Source of the DNA: an uncultured Methanosarcinales archaeon
GTDB taxonomy: Archaea; Nanobdellota; Nanobdellia; Woesearchaeales; GW2011-AR9
Assembly (NCBI GenBank): GCA_964632045.1
Contig: CAZWBB010000002.1
Location: forward strand, 12,907-76,906
Length of the DNA stretch: 64,000 bases
Direction of reading: 5' to 3'
The position numbers and the translations under genes were made by a program. Below are positions 46,509-55,705 of the stretch, piece after piece. The notes under the pieces were generated by a model. It was not told the DNA's origin. It worked only from the letters and a program-made list of their open reading frames with translations, and made no database searches. The number at the start of each line of letters is the position of its first letter. The first letter of the stretch is position 1.

Positions 46509-47310
46509 AAGTGTTGAATGTGGGGATATCGGGAAGGATGATGGAACAAAGGCGGGTGACTCGGCTGAGGTTGAGAAGATTAATTTAAGCGTTGTCACAG
46601 CGACCTACAATGAGCGGGAGAACATTCTAATTCTAATCACAGAGTTGAATCGCATCTTTCAAGAGAATGGCATTCTGGGAGAGGTTGTGGTTGTTGATGA
46701 CAGCTCTCCTGACGGGACTTCCGATGTCGTTCTTGAGATGAAGAGGAAATTTCCTAACACCGTACTCGTTAAGCGTCCGGGAAGATTGGGTATTGGCAGT
46801 GCTTACAAAGATGGTATCAAAGCTTCCCGTGGAGAAGTAGTCACTTTGATGGATGCTGATTTCAGCCAACCGCCAAGTTCTTTGGCCGAGATGTACAAAG
46901 TTACCCGGCAGGGAAAGATAGGTTGGGGTAGCAGATATTACAATAATGTGAAATTTGAATCGGATCTTGCCCACCGGATTGGTACGAAACTTCTCAATAA
47001 GTGGATCTCTTTGTGGCTAAGGACAGAGATAAATGACCACACTCTTGGTTATTTCGCCATTAGAAGGGAGCACTTGGACAAAATAATGGAGTGTGCAGCG
47101 AGAAAGAAGATTTATCCTTTCAGCAATATTCTTTATGGTCTCCCCATTGCTGCAGTCGCTTTCAAGCTGGGACTTACTATCGTAGAAGTTGACGCACCTT
47201 ATCAAGAGAGGAAATTCGGGGAGTCAAAGATTGGTTTTTTCAGCGGTGTTTCAGTTGTAGGACATGATATGATTTACACGTTGGCTCTTCATGCAAGACT
47301 GCGCCGCTAG
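46495..47310 (+). CDS. GT2 polyprenol-phosphate glycosyltransferase (DPM1-like)
   Basis: ATYNERENI, VDDSSPDGT, GIGSAY, MDADFS, GSRY. Confidence 0.88.
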   Translation: MPLGKSVECGDIGKDDGTKAGDSAEVEKINLSVVTATYNERENILILITELNRIFQENGILGEVVVVDDSSPDGTSDVVLEMKRKFPNTVLVKRPGRLGIGSAYKDGIKASRGEVVTLMDADFSQPPSSLAEMYKVTRQGKIGWGSRYYNNVKFESDLAHRIGTKLLNKWISLWLRTEINDHTLGYFAIRREHLDKIMECAARKKIYPFSNILYGLPIAAVAFKLGLTIVEVDAPYQERKFGESKIGFFSGVSVVGHDMIYTLALHARLRR

Positions 47311-47360
47311 GGAGAGTATCGTATGAAATAGTGTTTCCAAGTTGGGAATAGAAGAACAGA

Positions 47361-48077
47361 ATGGATGTAGAAAAGTTCTATGATGGGCTCTGGAGTTCGG
47401 ACCCAGAAGCTGACAAAGATAGAGAGTTGCAGAGAATGCGCTCAGAAGCGATAGGTTTCTCTTACCAGCTGATTCCTACAGATAAGAAGATCTTGGAGGT
47501 AGGTTGCGGCGCTGGTTTCCAGACGATGCAGCTGGCCGGAATAGGCAATTCAGTAGTGGCCATCGACTTTTCTGAACAGAGCGTTAGGCGTACTGGTGAG
47601 GCGTTGAAAATTCACCGAATTGATAATGTGAAAACAATGAAATGCAATGCAGAGTCAATGCAATTTGAAGACAACATTTTTGATGTGATTTACATAAATT
47701 CTGTACTGATGCATGTGAGACATGAAAAAGTGCTTTGTGAGTGTTCTAGGGTGCTGAAGAAAGGGGGAAAAGTCATTATTGTCGAACCACTTGCGTATAA
47801 TTTCCTTCTGCCGTACCGCCTCTTATTCTCAGATTACCAGAAGACAGGGCCGAGATATATGACTCTGGGTAAGTTTAGGAAGTATCAATATTTTTTTTCG
47901 GAGATGAAGCACCGTGAATTTTACTTTTTCTCTATCCTGCTACTGCCTCTTTTTAAGCAAAAGGGAATGATCAGCAGATTGTGTGTCTTAGTAAAGTCAC
48001 TTGATAGGTATATTCTGAGTAAGTGCAGTTTTTTGAGGAATTTTTCCTGGATTGCAGTTGTTGAATATAGGAAGTAG
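47361..48077 (+). CDS. Class I SAM-dependent methyltransferase
   Basis: LEVGCGAG, AIDFS, CNAESMQF...FD, LKKGG. Confidence 0.88.
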   Translation: MDVEKFYDGLWSSDPEADKDRELQRMRSEAIGFSYQLIPTDKKILEVGCGAGFQTMQLAGIGNSVVAIDFSEQSVRRTGEALKIHRIDNVKTMKCNAESMQFEDNIFDVIYINSVLMHVRHEKVLCECSRVLKKGGKVIIVEPLAYNFLLPYRLLFSDYQKTGPRYMTLGKFRKYQYFFSEMKHREFYFFSILLLPLFKQKGMISRLCVLVKSLDRYILSKCSFLRNFSWIAVVEYRK

Positions 48078-48144
48078 ATGCCACTGTCCCATTTTTTGCA
48101 GATTCATAAAATCTATAAATGACAACAATTAACTGCGACTGCTG

Positions 48145-49311
48145 ATGAAAATAAAATTAATGGAAGATAGTATAACTGAAGAGGAGATTAATGCTGTCAA
48201 CGAATGTATGCGTTCCGGTCAGTATACACAATGGGACAAAGTGGATGAATTTGAGCGTGAAGTGGCAAAATGGAATGGTTCTAAGTATGGGGTGATGGTA
48301 AACAGTGGTAGCAGTGCTAATCTACTGATGGTTGACATCCTGAAAAAGAAATTTGGGTTAAGAAGCGGAGATGAAGTATTAGTTCCAGCTGTCACCTGGC
48401 CGACAACAGTTTTTCCGCTGATTCAGAATGATTTGGTTCCTGTATTCTGTGATGTGGATAAGAGTTTTAATATTTGTATCGATTCAATGCGCAGGGTTCT
48501 CAATGAGAAGACAAAAGCGGTTTTCATTGTCCATTTGCTTGGGCAGAGTGCAGACATCACTGAAATCAAACATTTTTGTTCCGAGAATGGGTTGGTAATG
48601 ATAGAGGATTGTTGTGAAAGCATGGGTGCGAGGCATAATGGGACTAAAATTGGTAATTTTGGGGTCATGGGGAGTTTCAGTTTCTATTTTGGGCATCACA
48701 TGACCACTATTGAGGGGGGTATGATTGTCACAGACGATTTTGAAACTTATGACCTCCTCAAGTCTATTCGCTCACATGGCTGGGTGAAAAGGACAGCCCG
48801 GGAGGAGAAGTATCAGAACCTACCAAATCGTAATTTTATATTTGATGTGACTGGGTACAACCTACGCAGCACAGACATGAATGCTTCCATTGGTCTGATT
48901 CAACTGAAGAAGCTTGACCAATGGATAGAGATTAGAAAGAGGAACCATCAACATTTTTTAAAGGGAATTGAAAATATTGGATTGACATCCCAGAAAGTTA
49001 ATTTTAGTGAGACCAGTTCTTTTTGTCTGCCTGTTCTTTTCAGGAGCAAAGGAGAGAGAGACTTTGTTCTCAGAAATCTTTCCGCTAAGGGGGTGGAAAC
49101 TAGACCTATTGTGGCGGGGAACCTTCTGAAGCAGCCAGTTTTCCAAGCAATGCAGGTGAAAGCAGACCAAACTCCAATGGCTGACAGGATAGATGAATAT
49201 GGGATTTATCTGCCAAATAATCAGTATGTAACACCTGAGAAAGTTGATTTTATGATACATTGCATCAGGGAGTTGTTGGTAGAATTGCAGAATCCATTCG
49301 ATGGTCACTAA
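48145..49311 (+). CDS. colD: ColD/RfbH-type PLP-dependent NDP-4-keto-6-deoxyhexose 3-dehydratase
   Basis: DegT fold (VNSGSSANL, EDCCES) with His in place of the PLP Lys (FSFYFGHHMTTIEGG); adjacent to gmd. Confidence 0.75.
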   Translation: MKIKLMEDSITEEEINAVNECMRSGQYTQWDKVDEFEREVAKWNGSKYGVMVNSGSSANLLMVDILKKKFGLRSGDEVLVPAVTWPTTVFPLIQNDLVPVFCDVDKSFNICIDSMRRVLNEKTKAVFIVHLLGQSADITEIKHFCSENGLVMIEDCCESMGARHNGTKIGNFGVMGSFSFYFGHHMTTIEGGMIVTDDFETYDLLKSIRSHGWVKRTAREEKYQNLPNRNFIFDVTGYNLRSTDMNASIGLIQLKKLDQWIEIRKRNHQHFLKGIENIGLTSQKVNFSETSSFCLPVLFRSKGERDFVLRNLSAKGVETRPIVAGNLLKQPVFQAMQVKADQTPMADRIDEYGIYLPNNQYVTPEKVDFMIHCIRELLVELQNPFDGH

Positions 49312-49331
49312 GCGAATACTCAGAGAAACGG

Positions 49332-50384
49332 TTATCTATCTTTCTTATAATGCAATGATAATGGTTGATCGTGATCTGGATGCTGATGCGCATCCCAGGG
49401 GAACATCTCGCCCTGTTGCACCCTCTTCCACTTTTCCAGGTCATCACGTACCATCATCTTGACTAGTTCTTTGAAAGTCACTGTTGGCTGCCATCCCAGT
49501 TGTTGTTTGGCCTTGCTGCAATCCCCCAGTAAGATATTTACTTCGGCAGGGCGCATAAATCGCTCGTCAACTACGACGTAATCTTCGTAGTTCAGGCCAA
49601 CTTCTTCAAAAGCGAGTTGTACGAATTCCCGGACAGAATGTGTCTCACCAGTTGCTAAGATATAATCATCTGGTTTATCCTGTTGCAGCATCATCCACAT
49701 CCCTATTACATAATCGGGAGCGAAACCCCAATCCCTCTTTGCATCAAGATTTCCCAAAACTAACTTATCTTGCATCCCCAACTTTATCCGGGCAACTGAA
49801 TTTGATATTTTGCGGGTAACAAATTCTAGTCCGCGTAACGGACTTTCATGATTGAAAAGTATTCCAGAGCAGGTGAAAAGCTCATGTGCTTCCCGGTAAT
49901 TCACAGTAATCCAGTGTCCATACACTTTAGCTGCGGCATAAGGGCTTTTTGGGTAGAATGGTGTTTTCTCTGTCTGGGGCATCTCTTGTACTTCTCCAAA
50001 CATCTCACTTGAAGAAGCTTGGTAAAATTTTGTATTAGGAGAGATCATATGAAGGGTGTTGATCACCCTGGTGACCCCTAATCCTGTAACTTCTCCCGCG
50101 CCGATGGGCTGGTCGAAGGAAGCGCCGACAAAACTCTGAGCAGCCAGGTTATAGAACTCATGTGGATTTGTCTTTTGGAAGAGATTGATGATTGAACTTT
50201 GATCCATCAGGTCGAAGGAAATTAGTTTGACTTTATCCAATACGTTTAGGTGCTGCAACCGCCAGAAATTAGGGGTGCTGAGTCTTCTGTATGTACCGTA
50301 TACTTTATAGCCTTTGTCCAAAAGAAGTTTGGCGAGATAAGCTCCATCCTGTCCAGTAATGCCGGTAATCACCGCTGTTTTCAT
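49332..50384 (-). CDS. gmd: GDP-mannose 4,6-dehydratase
   Basis: [47 protein letters not shown]. Confidence 0.97.
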   Translation of the reverse strand: MKTAVITGITGQDGAYLAKLLLDKGYKVYGTYRRLSTPNFWRLQHLNVLDKVKLISFDLMDQSSIINLFQKTNPHEFYNLAAQSFVGASFDQPIGAGEVTGLGVTRVINTLHMISPNTKFYQASSSEMFGEVQEMPQTEKTPFYPKSPYAAAKVYGHWITVNYREAHELFTCSGILFNHESPLRGLEFVTRKISNSVARIKLGMQDKLVLGNLDAKRDWGFAPDYVIGMWMMLQQDKPDDYILATGETHSVREFVQLAFEEVGLNYEDYVVVDERFMRPAEVNILLGDCSKAKQQLGWQPTVTFKELVKMMVRDDLEKWKRVQQGEMFPWDAHQHPDHDQPLSLHYKKDR

Positions 50385-50449
50385 AATAACCGTGTCTGGC
50401 AGGAAAATCGTTTAAATAACTTCTGGAACTGAGAACTGTTTCATCATAT

Positions 50450-51625
50450 CTAGGAATAAGAATTCCATGAGCTGTTCTCTTCAGGATGAGCGCAGCTAGG
50501 CGAGATGTTCTCCTGATGGATATTCCTGATAGAATCAACAACCTGCTTGATTTCACTCTCGCTAAGATGACTGGATGAAGGCAGATATAATCCTCTTCTT
50601 TCTAACTGGTCAGAAATAGGGAAGAGGCGACCAGCATCTGGGAGCCGGGACTTTTCATCAAGTCTGGCCAATTGTTTATGCATTCCGATAAAGAAGGTCC
50701 TTGTGTCAATTCCTTTCTTGAGCAACTCTTCACGTAGCCGGGGCATATCCATGCTGAACTTCTCTTCATCAATAAGAATCCCATACATCCAGTAGACATT
50801 TTTTGCCCATTCTTTTTCAGGGGGGGTAGTTATGCCGGGGACGGGCCGTAACAGTTCGTTGTATAACTGAGCATTGCGGCGTCTTGCTTCAACAAGTTCG
50901 TCAATCTTTTCCAGTTGCGCCAAACCAATCGCCGCTTGCATATTTGTCAGACGATAATTGTAACCTAGTTCTTTATGCAAGAATCTTGGCTGGCCAAAAA
51001 AGTGGTTCCTCAATTTTCTGGCTCGTTCTGCCCAATGATCATTGTTCGTCACCACTATCCCACCTTCTCCTGTGGTAATGATTTTGTTTGCATAGAAACT
51101 GAAGCAGGCAATATCACCCAGGCTGCCAGCCATCCTTCCTTTGTATTCTGCTCCATGTGCTTCAGCGGCATCTTCAATGACAAATAAATTGTATCTCCTG
51201 GCTATATCACTCACTTTGTCCATGTCCACGGGGTGGCCATAGGTGTGAACAATCATGATCGCTTTTGTTTTTTGGGTGATTTTCTCTTCGATCTTGCTCA
51301 CGTCCATATTCCAGGTATCAAGCTCGGAATCTACCAGTATGGGCGTGGCTCCGGCGTAGATCACAGCATTGCAGGAGGCAATCATGGTAAAAGTAGGAAT
51401 GATCACTTCATCTCCTTCACCTATCCCCATAGCTTCAATGGCCAGATGAAGAGCAGTCGTTCCATTGGAACAGCTAATACCATGTTTCACTCCGCAATAT
51501 GCACTGAACTTGTCTTCGAATTCTTTGATAAACTTGCCAGCGGAAGAAATCCAGCCGGTCTTAACTGCTTCAGTCACGTATTTAAGTTCGTTCCCTTGCA
51601 ATGTAGGTTCACAAACTGGAATCAT
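50450..51625 (-). CDS. per: GDP-perosamine-synthase-like DegT aminotransferase
   Basis: GWISSAG, NGTTALHLA, EDAAEAHG, FSFYANKIITTGEGG, GYNYRLTN; next to gmd. Confidence 0.8.
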   Translation of the reverse strand: MIPVCEPTLQGNELKYVTEAVKTGWISSAGKFIKEFEDKFSAYCGVKHGISCSNGTTALHLAIEAMGIGEGDEVIIPTFTMIASCNAVIYAGATPILVDSELDTWNMDVSKIEEKITQKTKAIMIVHTYGHPVDMDKVSDIARRYNLFVIEDAAEAHGAEYKGRMAGSLGDIACFSFYANKIITTGEGGIVVTNNDHWAERARKLRNHFFGQPRFLHKELGYNYRLTNMQAAIGLAQLEKIDELVEARRRNAQLYNELLRPVPGITTPPEKEWAKNVYWMYGILIDEEKFSMDMPRLREELLKKGIDTRTFFIGMHKQLARLDEKSRLPDAGRLFPISDQLERRGLYLPSSSHLSESEIKQVVDSIRNIHQENISPSCAHPEENSSWNSYS

Positions 51626-52082
51626 TGTGCACCGGTTCTGTTTTTTCTTTCTCTAGAAATCTTTTCTCTCTTTCCCTTCCCCTGTATGGGCCTTGTTTCA
51701 ACTCGATAAGTTTCGCTTCCTCAAGAAAGGTGAAGCTGTGCCCTGTATTTAGGACGATAACATCGCCTTCTTCTAAAGTCACTTCTGAGACTCTGGCATC
51801 ATCTTCTCTCTCGTCAAATAGGTCTATCTTCACTTTTCCAGATATCAGATAAAAGAATTCCTGTACTGGGAGGTTTTTAAGTTCGGGGAACGGGAGATGG
51901 ACATGGGGCTTTACCATGTCTCCTTGCTGCCTGCTATGAATTGCTACCTGGAGAGGGAAATCCTCCGGTGTAACAAAGAGCATTTTTTCAGGAGAAGAGT
52001 CGAGTTCTTGCAGTGCCCTGGCCCTAACTATGATGGCTAGAATTTTGTTGTTATGGATGACCTTCTCTATAGGCGACTGCAT
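51609..52082 (-). CDS. Cupin-fold sugar-modifying protein (hypothetical)
   Basis: PHVH...QEFFYLISG...L(N)TGHSF...ELKQGPY cupin-like motifs. Start ATG 52082 follows a TATA-like TTTTATAC. Confidence 0.65.
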   Translation of the reverse strand: MQSPIEKVIHNNKILAIIVRARALQELDSSPEKMLFVTPEDFPLQVAIHSRQQGDMVKPHVHLPFPELKNLPVQEFFYLISGKVKIDLFDEREDDARVSEVTLEEGDVIVLNTGHSFTFLEEAKLIELKQGPYRGREREKRFLEKEKTEPVHNDSSL

Positions 52083-52207
52083 AATTACAAGTATGCGGGA
52101 GCAGTATAAAAATGTTATGCATTCATGGCTGCACTGAAACAATATCGCTGGCTCCCTCCCCAAGCGCTATGTTGTACATGCGCACCGAAGACCCTCTCGA
52201 AGAGGGG

Positions 52208-53656
52208 CTAGTTCTTGATGGGTATGTTTGTATCATGCTTAGGAGTCTCATCTTTGTCAGTTTGACTAAGCATGTTTTTTATATTAGAAAAGATCCTTTG
52301 GGCAGCTAATTTTGGTGAAATGTACTTGAACATGTAGGGGATATTCGTCGGTTGGCTGAGGGCCAAATGCATGTACTCTCTTAGTACAAAGCGTGGAAAA
52401 TTGAATCCTTTTAAACCATCGGGAACATATACTCTTTTACCTTTAGAATAATGTGTTGGGAGTAGACCGTCAGTTATCTCTCCACTTTCAACCAATTCAT
52501 CATAAACAGGCGTACCAGGTAATGGTTGGAAATTACTTAGAAAGAAAAAGTTGAATTTGCATTTCCGTATAAGCTTAACTGTCTTTTGAATATCCTCCTC
52601 TGTCTCGCCAGGATATCCGATAATAAATAATCCGTGTACTTTTAGCCCGGTTTTTCTTATTTCTTTCACTTTCTGCGGAATGATCGACGGGTCAAGGTCT
52701 TTCCTCATTCTTTTAAGTACGTCTACAGAACCACTTTCTGGGGCGACACACACATATTCCCATCCAGCTTTTTTCATCAGTCGTATCAATTCTATATCAG
52801 TCCGCTGTATCCGAACTCCTCCGGGTGTTCCAAATTGCAGATCTTTTAGGTTCAAGTCTATCACAGATTGGCAGAACTCTTTGGCATAATCAATATGAAA
52901 CGTGAAATTGTCGTCAATGATGTTGATGAATCGTATTCCCTTGTCATAGTACAGGTGTTTAATCCACCTCATCATGTATTCTACTGAGTGTTTTCTAATA
53001 ATTTTGCCATTGATTAAAGGTCCTGAACAAAATGCACAACGGTAAGGACAACCGCGAGTTACCCAGATGGGAGCGTTCATTTCATTTTCAGTATAAAATC
53101 TGTATCCTTGTGCGATACACTCTTGGAGGCCAATTGCGTCGTAATCAGGGATATTAATTTTGTCTAAATCCGGTTCTCTTTCCAATTCGTTCAGAGATAG
53201 GTTGTCCTCGTCAGAACGGTACCCTAAACCCATAACCTTAGGCCAGTCTGGTTCGTCCCTTTGCAGTTCCTCAAGGAAAGTCGGGAATGACAATTCGGAC
53301 TCTCCCCGAAAAATGAAATCTACGCAACTGTTCTTCATCACAGAAGCGGGGTATGAGGTAACATGACATCCCCCCATTACTGTAATGATTTTTTCATTGA
53401 TTCTTTTGGTCTCTTTTAAAACCTGAAGACATTCTTTGAATACTGGGGACCAGCAGGAAACACCAACGATGTCTGGGTCCAATCTTCGAATTTTTTCTTC
53501 AAATTCTGGTGATTTTGCATCAATCCCTAATAGAGAACAGTTGATAATGCTAATATCGTGTTTTGTGTTGTCAAGGTTACTTTTCAAATAGGCAAGGGAG
53601 ATGGGAATTGTATAGTTAGTATCAAACCCATTTGGCCAGACCAATACTATTTTCAT
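52208..53656 (-). CDS. B12-binding radical SAM protein
   Basis: PISLAYL, VMGGCH, RGESE, TRGCPYRCAFC, DDNF, APESGS. Confidence 0.88.
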   Translation of the reverse strand: MKIVLVWPNGFDTNYTIPISLAYLKSNLDNTKHDISIINCSLLGIDAKSPEFEEKIRRLDPDIVGVSCWSPVFKECLQVLKETKRINEKIITVMGGCHVTSYPASVMKNSCVDFIFRGESELSFPTFLEELQRDEPDWPKVMGLGYRSDEDNLSLNELEREPDLDKINIPDYDAIGLQECIAQGYRFYTENEMNAPIWVTRGCPYRCAFCSGPLINGKIIRKHSVEYMMRWIKHLYYDKGIRFINIIDDNFTFHIDYAKEFCQSVIDLNLKDLQFGTPGGVRIQRTDIELIRLMKKAGWEYVCVAPESGSVDVLKRMRKDLDPSIIPQKVKEIRKTGLKVHGLFIIGYPGETEEDIQKTVKLIRKCKFNFFFLSNFQPLPGTPVYDELVESGEITDGLLPTHYSKGKRVYVPDGLKGFNFPRFVLREYMHLALSQPTNIPYMFKYISPKLAAQRIFSNIKNMLSQTDKDETPKHDTNIPIKN

Positions 53657-53728
53657 TTTATCACCAGCGGAAATCCTATTTAATATAAGTATTTCGGTTC
53701 ATTTTGGTAACGGTAGTCCTTGATGCTG

Positions 53729-55447
53729 TTAGTTCCGGATAGTCCAATATAGGACCAAAGGGACGGTGGCGAGAGCGAATAGCAGATCGATGTATAAGAT
53801 CAGAAGTCCAAACAAATTAAGCAGTTTCGCCGGGCCTTCTGGTCTATAATGGTCTACGGCCATCTCGGGGTATTTCCAGCCTACTGGGCATCCCCAGAAT
53901 GAGTGGCTGCGGTCGATAATTGCATAGACTTCCGAAGGGATTTCGATTGATCCAGCATGGATCGCAAAGTGATGTTCAACATTCACCTCACCCACTTTTT
54001 GAGTACCTTTCTTGAAGTATGAACTTACCTGTTCGCCGACATCAAAAATCCTCTTGAAATCTTCAGGTTTCCACCCGCAGTTGGTATCGGGGATGCATTC
54101 AACATAATAGAAAGGGACATTTGTGGTCTGGGCTTGGGTTTTCCCAATCTCGCTTAGCAAGGCAAGGAATCCGTCACCTTGTACATAATGCTTATCATGG
54201 AACACCCAGGCATGTACTCCATTGAATATTCTGGGATCAATGGCTACAATTGCATTGTCGGGGATGTTTTCACGTGTGAATTCTCTTAATACCAAAGTAA
54301 TTGAGTCTCCTCTGGATTCCATGACATCTTTTATTACGAAGATGCTAGATACGGATGCAATAATCAATAGTAAAGGTATAAGATGTTTGACTCTCAACTT
54401 TGAAAAGTATCTGCAGCCTTGCACTATCCCTTCTCCAGCAAGTAAGCTGAGGACAATCGGGATAGCCAGATGGTGTTGTGTCCCCCCGACTTTCCCACCC
54501 AGATAGATGGCCCCCAGTAGGGGAGGCAGGACGAAAGCAGCAAATATATACTTGTCTTTCCTGAAGAGGAAAAGTCCACCAAATAGTCCAAAGATTAGAA
54601 GTACGGTGTCTTTGTACAATAACAAAGGAATAACCTGCCGTAGGAAACTTTTGAATCTGGGGAAATTCCAGTTCTGACTACTGACTCCTCCAATGGGATA
54701 TTTGCCTATGCTCAAGATCGAGGAAAAATAGTAATCGGTAGTCCCTTCTTCAGTATAAGTGAAATAGTTATAGATAAGCACAGGAGAGGTGACCAGCACA
54801 AAAACTAGAAAGCAGGTCAGTATTATCTTTAGTGGTTTCTTACGGAAAGTGACGGCCCCCTGTTGTTGCAGGAAAATTGAGTTCTCCCGCCAGCCATGGA
54901 GAAAGAGGACCGGAATGTAACATACGCCGAAAATTAGGACGAGGGGCTGAGCCAGGGCGCCCAGAGCTAGGAACAAAGATGAAGGGACCAGGTTAATTAG
55001 ATTTCTTTTGAGAGCCCGTGCGAAGAAGAGCATACTCATAGCAGCGAAGAAAAAGGCAGTCATATCCATCTCGACAAGACGGGTGATTGCAAATCCGGAT
55101 ACTGCAAAGAGGAAAGCAGAAAGCAAAGCACTTTTTTTTGATGTGAATATCTGCCTGCTGATTAAGAAGATGACCAGGGAGGTGAGTGAACCAAACACAA
55201 TTGAAGGGAGTCTTGCCGATATGGCGGTGATACCACCCATTAACCAATATCCTACATCGGCCAAATATGCAAATAGGGGGGACTGTATGTGTGTACCCAG
55301 GATACCAGAGCCCAAAATATTGAATGGAACCAGAGAATAAAGCATCTCATCGGTACCAATATCCGTGTAATGGGCGGCAATGGTCCGTAGGACCAGCCCT
55401 AGGGCCAGGATGAGAGTAAGATAAATACCTTTTTTTGTTAGTTTCAT
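53729..55447 (-). CDS. GT-C membrane glycosyltransferase (ArnT/PMT-like)
   Basis: TDEMLY, SARLPS, EMD, many TM helices, soluble C-terminal domain. ATG 55447 overlaps the upstream stop (ATGA). Confidence 0.78.
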   Translation of the reverse strand: MKLTKKGIYLTLILALGLVLRTIAAHYTDIGTDEMLYSLVPFNILGSGILGTHIQSPLFAYLADVGYWLMGGITAISARLPSIVFGSLTSLVIFLISRQIFTSKKSALLSAFLFAVSGFAITRLVEMDMTAFFFAAMSMLFFARALKRNLINLVPSSLFLALGALAQPLVLIFGVCYIPVLFLHGWRENSIFLQQQGAVTFRKKPLKIILTCFLVFVLVTSPVLIYNYFTYTEEGTTDYYFSSILSIGKYPIGGVSSQNWNFPRFKSFLRQVIPLLLYKDTVLLIFGLFGGLFLFRKDKYIFAAFVLPPLLGAIYLGGKVGGTQHHLAIPIVLSLLAGEGIVQGCRYFSKLRVKHLIPLLLIIASVSSIFVIKDVMESRGDSITLVLREFTRENIPDNAIVAIDPRIFNGVHAWVFHDKHYVQGDGFLALLSEIGKTQAQTTNVPFYYVECIPDTNCGWKPEDFKRIFDVGEQVSSYFKKGTQKVGEVNVEHHFAIHAGSIEIPSEVYAIIDRSHSFWGCPVGWKYPEMAVDHYRPEGPAKLLNLFGLLILYIDLLFALATVPLVLYWTIRN

Positions 55448-55698
55448 GATTTGAACGTGCAAATATACCGCCCATCAGAGAAAGCTATCTGTCCTCCTGC
55501 GCCCAGGCAACAATTGTTCACTTCCCTGAATTTGGTGCAGTACTGCTCACCTTGTGTTTCACATTTCTCTTGTATACAATTCTGGTATCCCTCATTTCCT
55601 AGATTTTTTAATGCTTGGAAACTGAAAAATACCATCAGAACAATCAGTAGATACAAAATCACTACAAGCGCTTTCTGGCTAATGGATAGTCGTTTCAT
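55444..55698 (-). CDS. Small single-TM protein with a 6-Cys C-terminal domain
   Basis: Operonic coupling on both sides; TM helix then C-x4-C-x7-C-x8-CC-x15-C. Confidence 0.65.
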   Translation of the reverse strand: MKRLSISQKALVVILYLLIVLMVFFSFQALKNLGNEGYQNCIQEKCETQGEQYCTKFREVNNCCLGAGGQIAFSDGRYICTFKS

Positions 55699-55705
55699 TT
55701 TCGAA

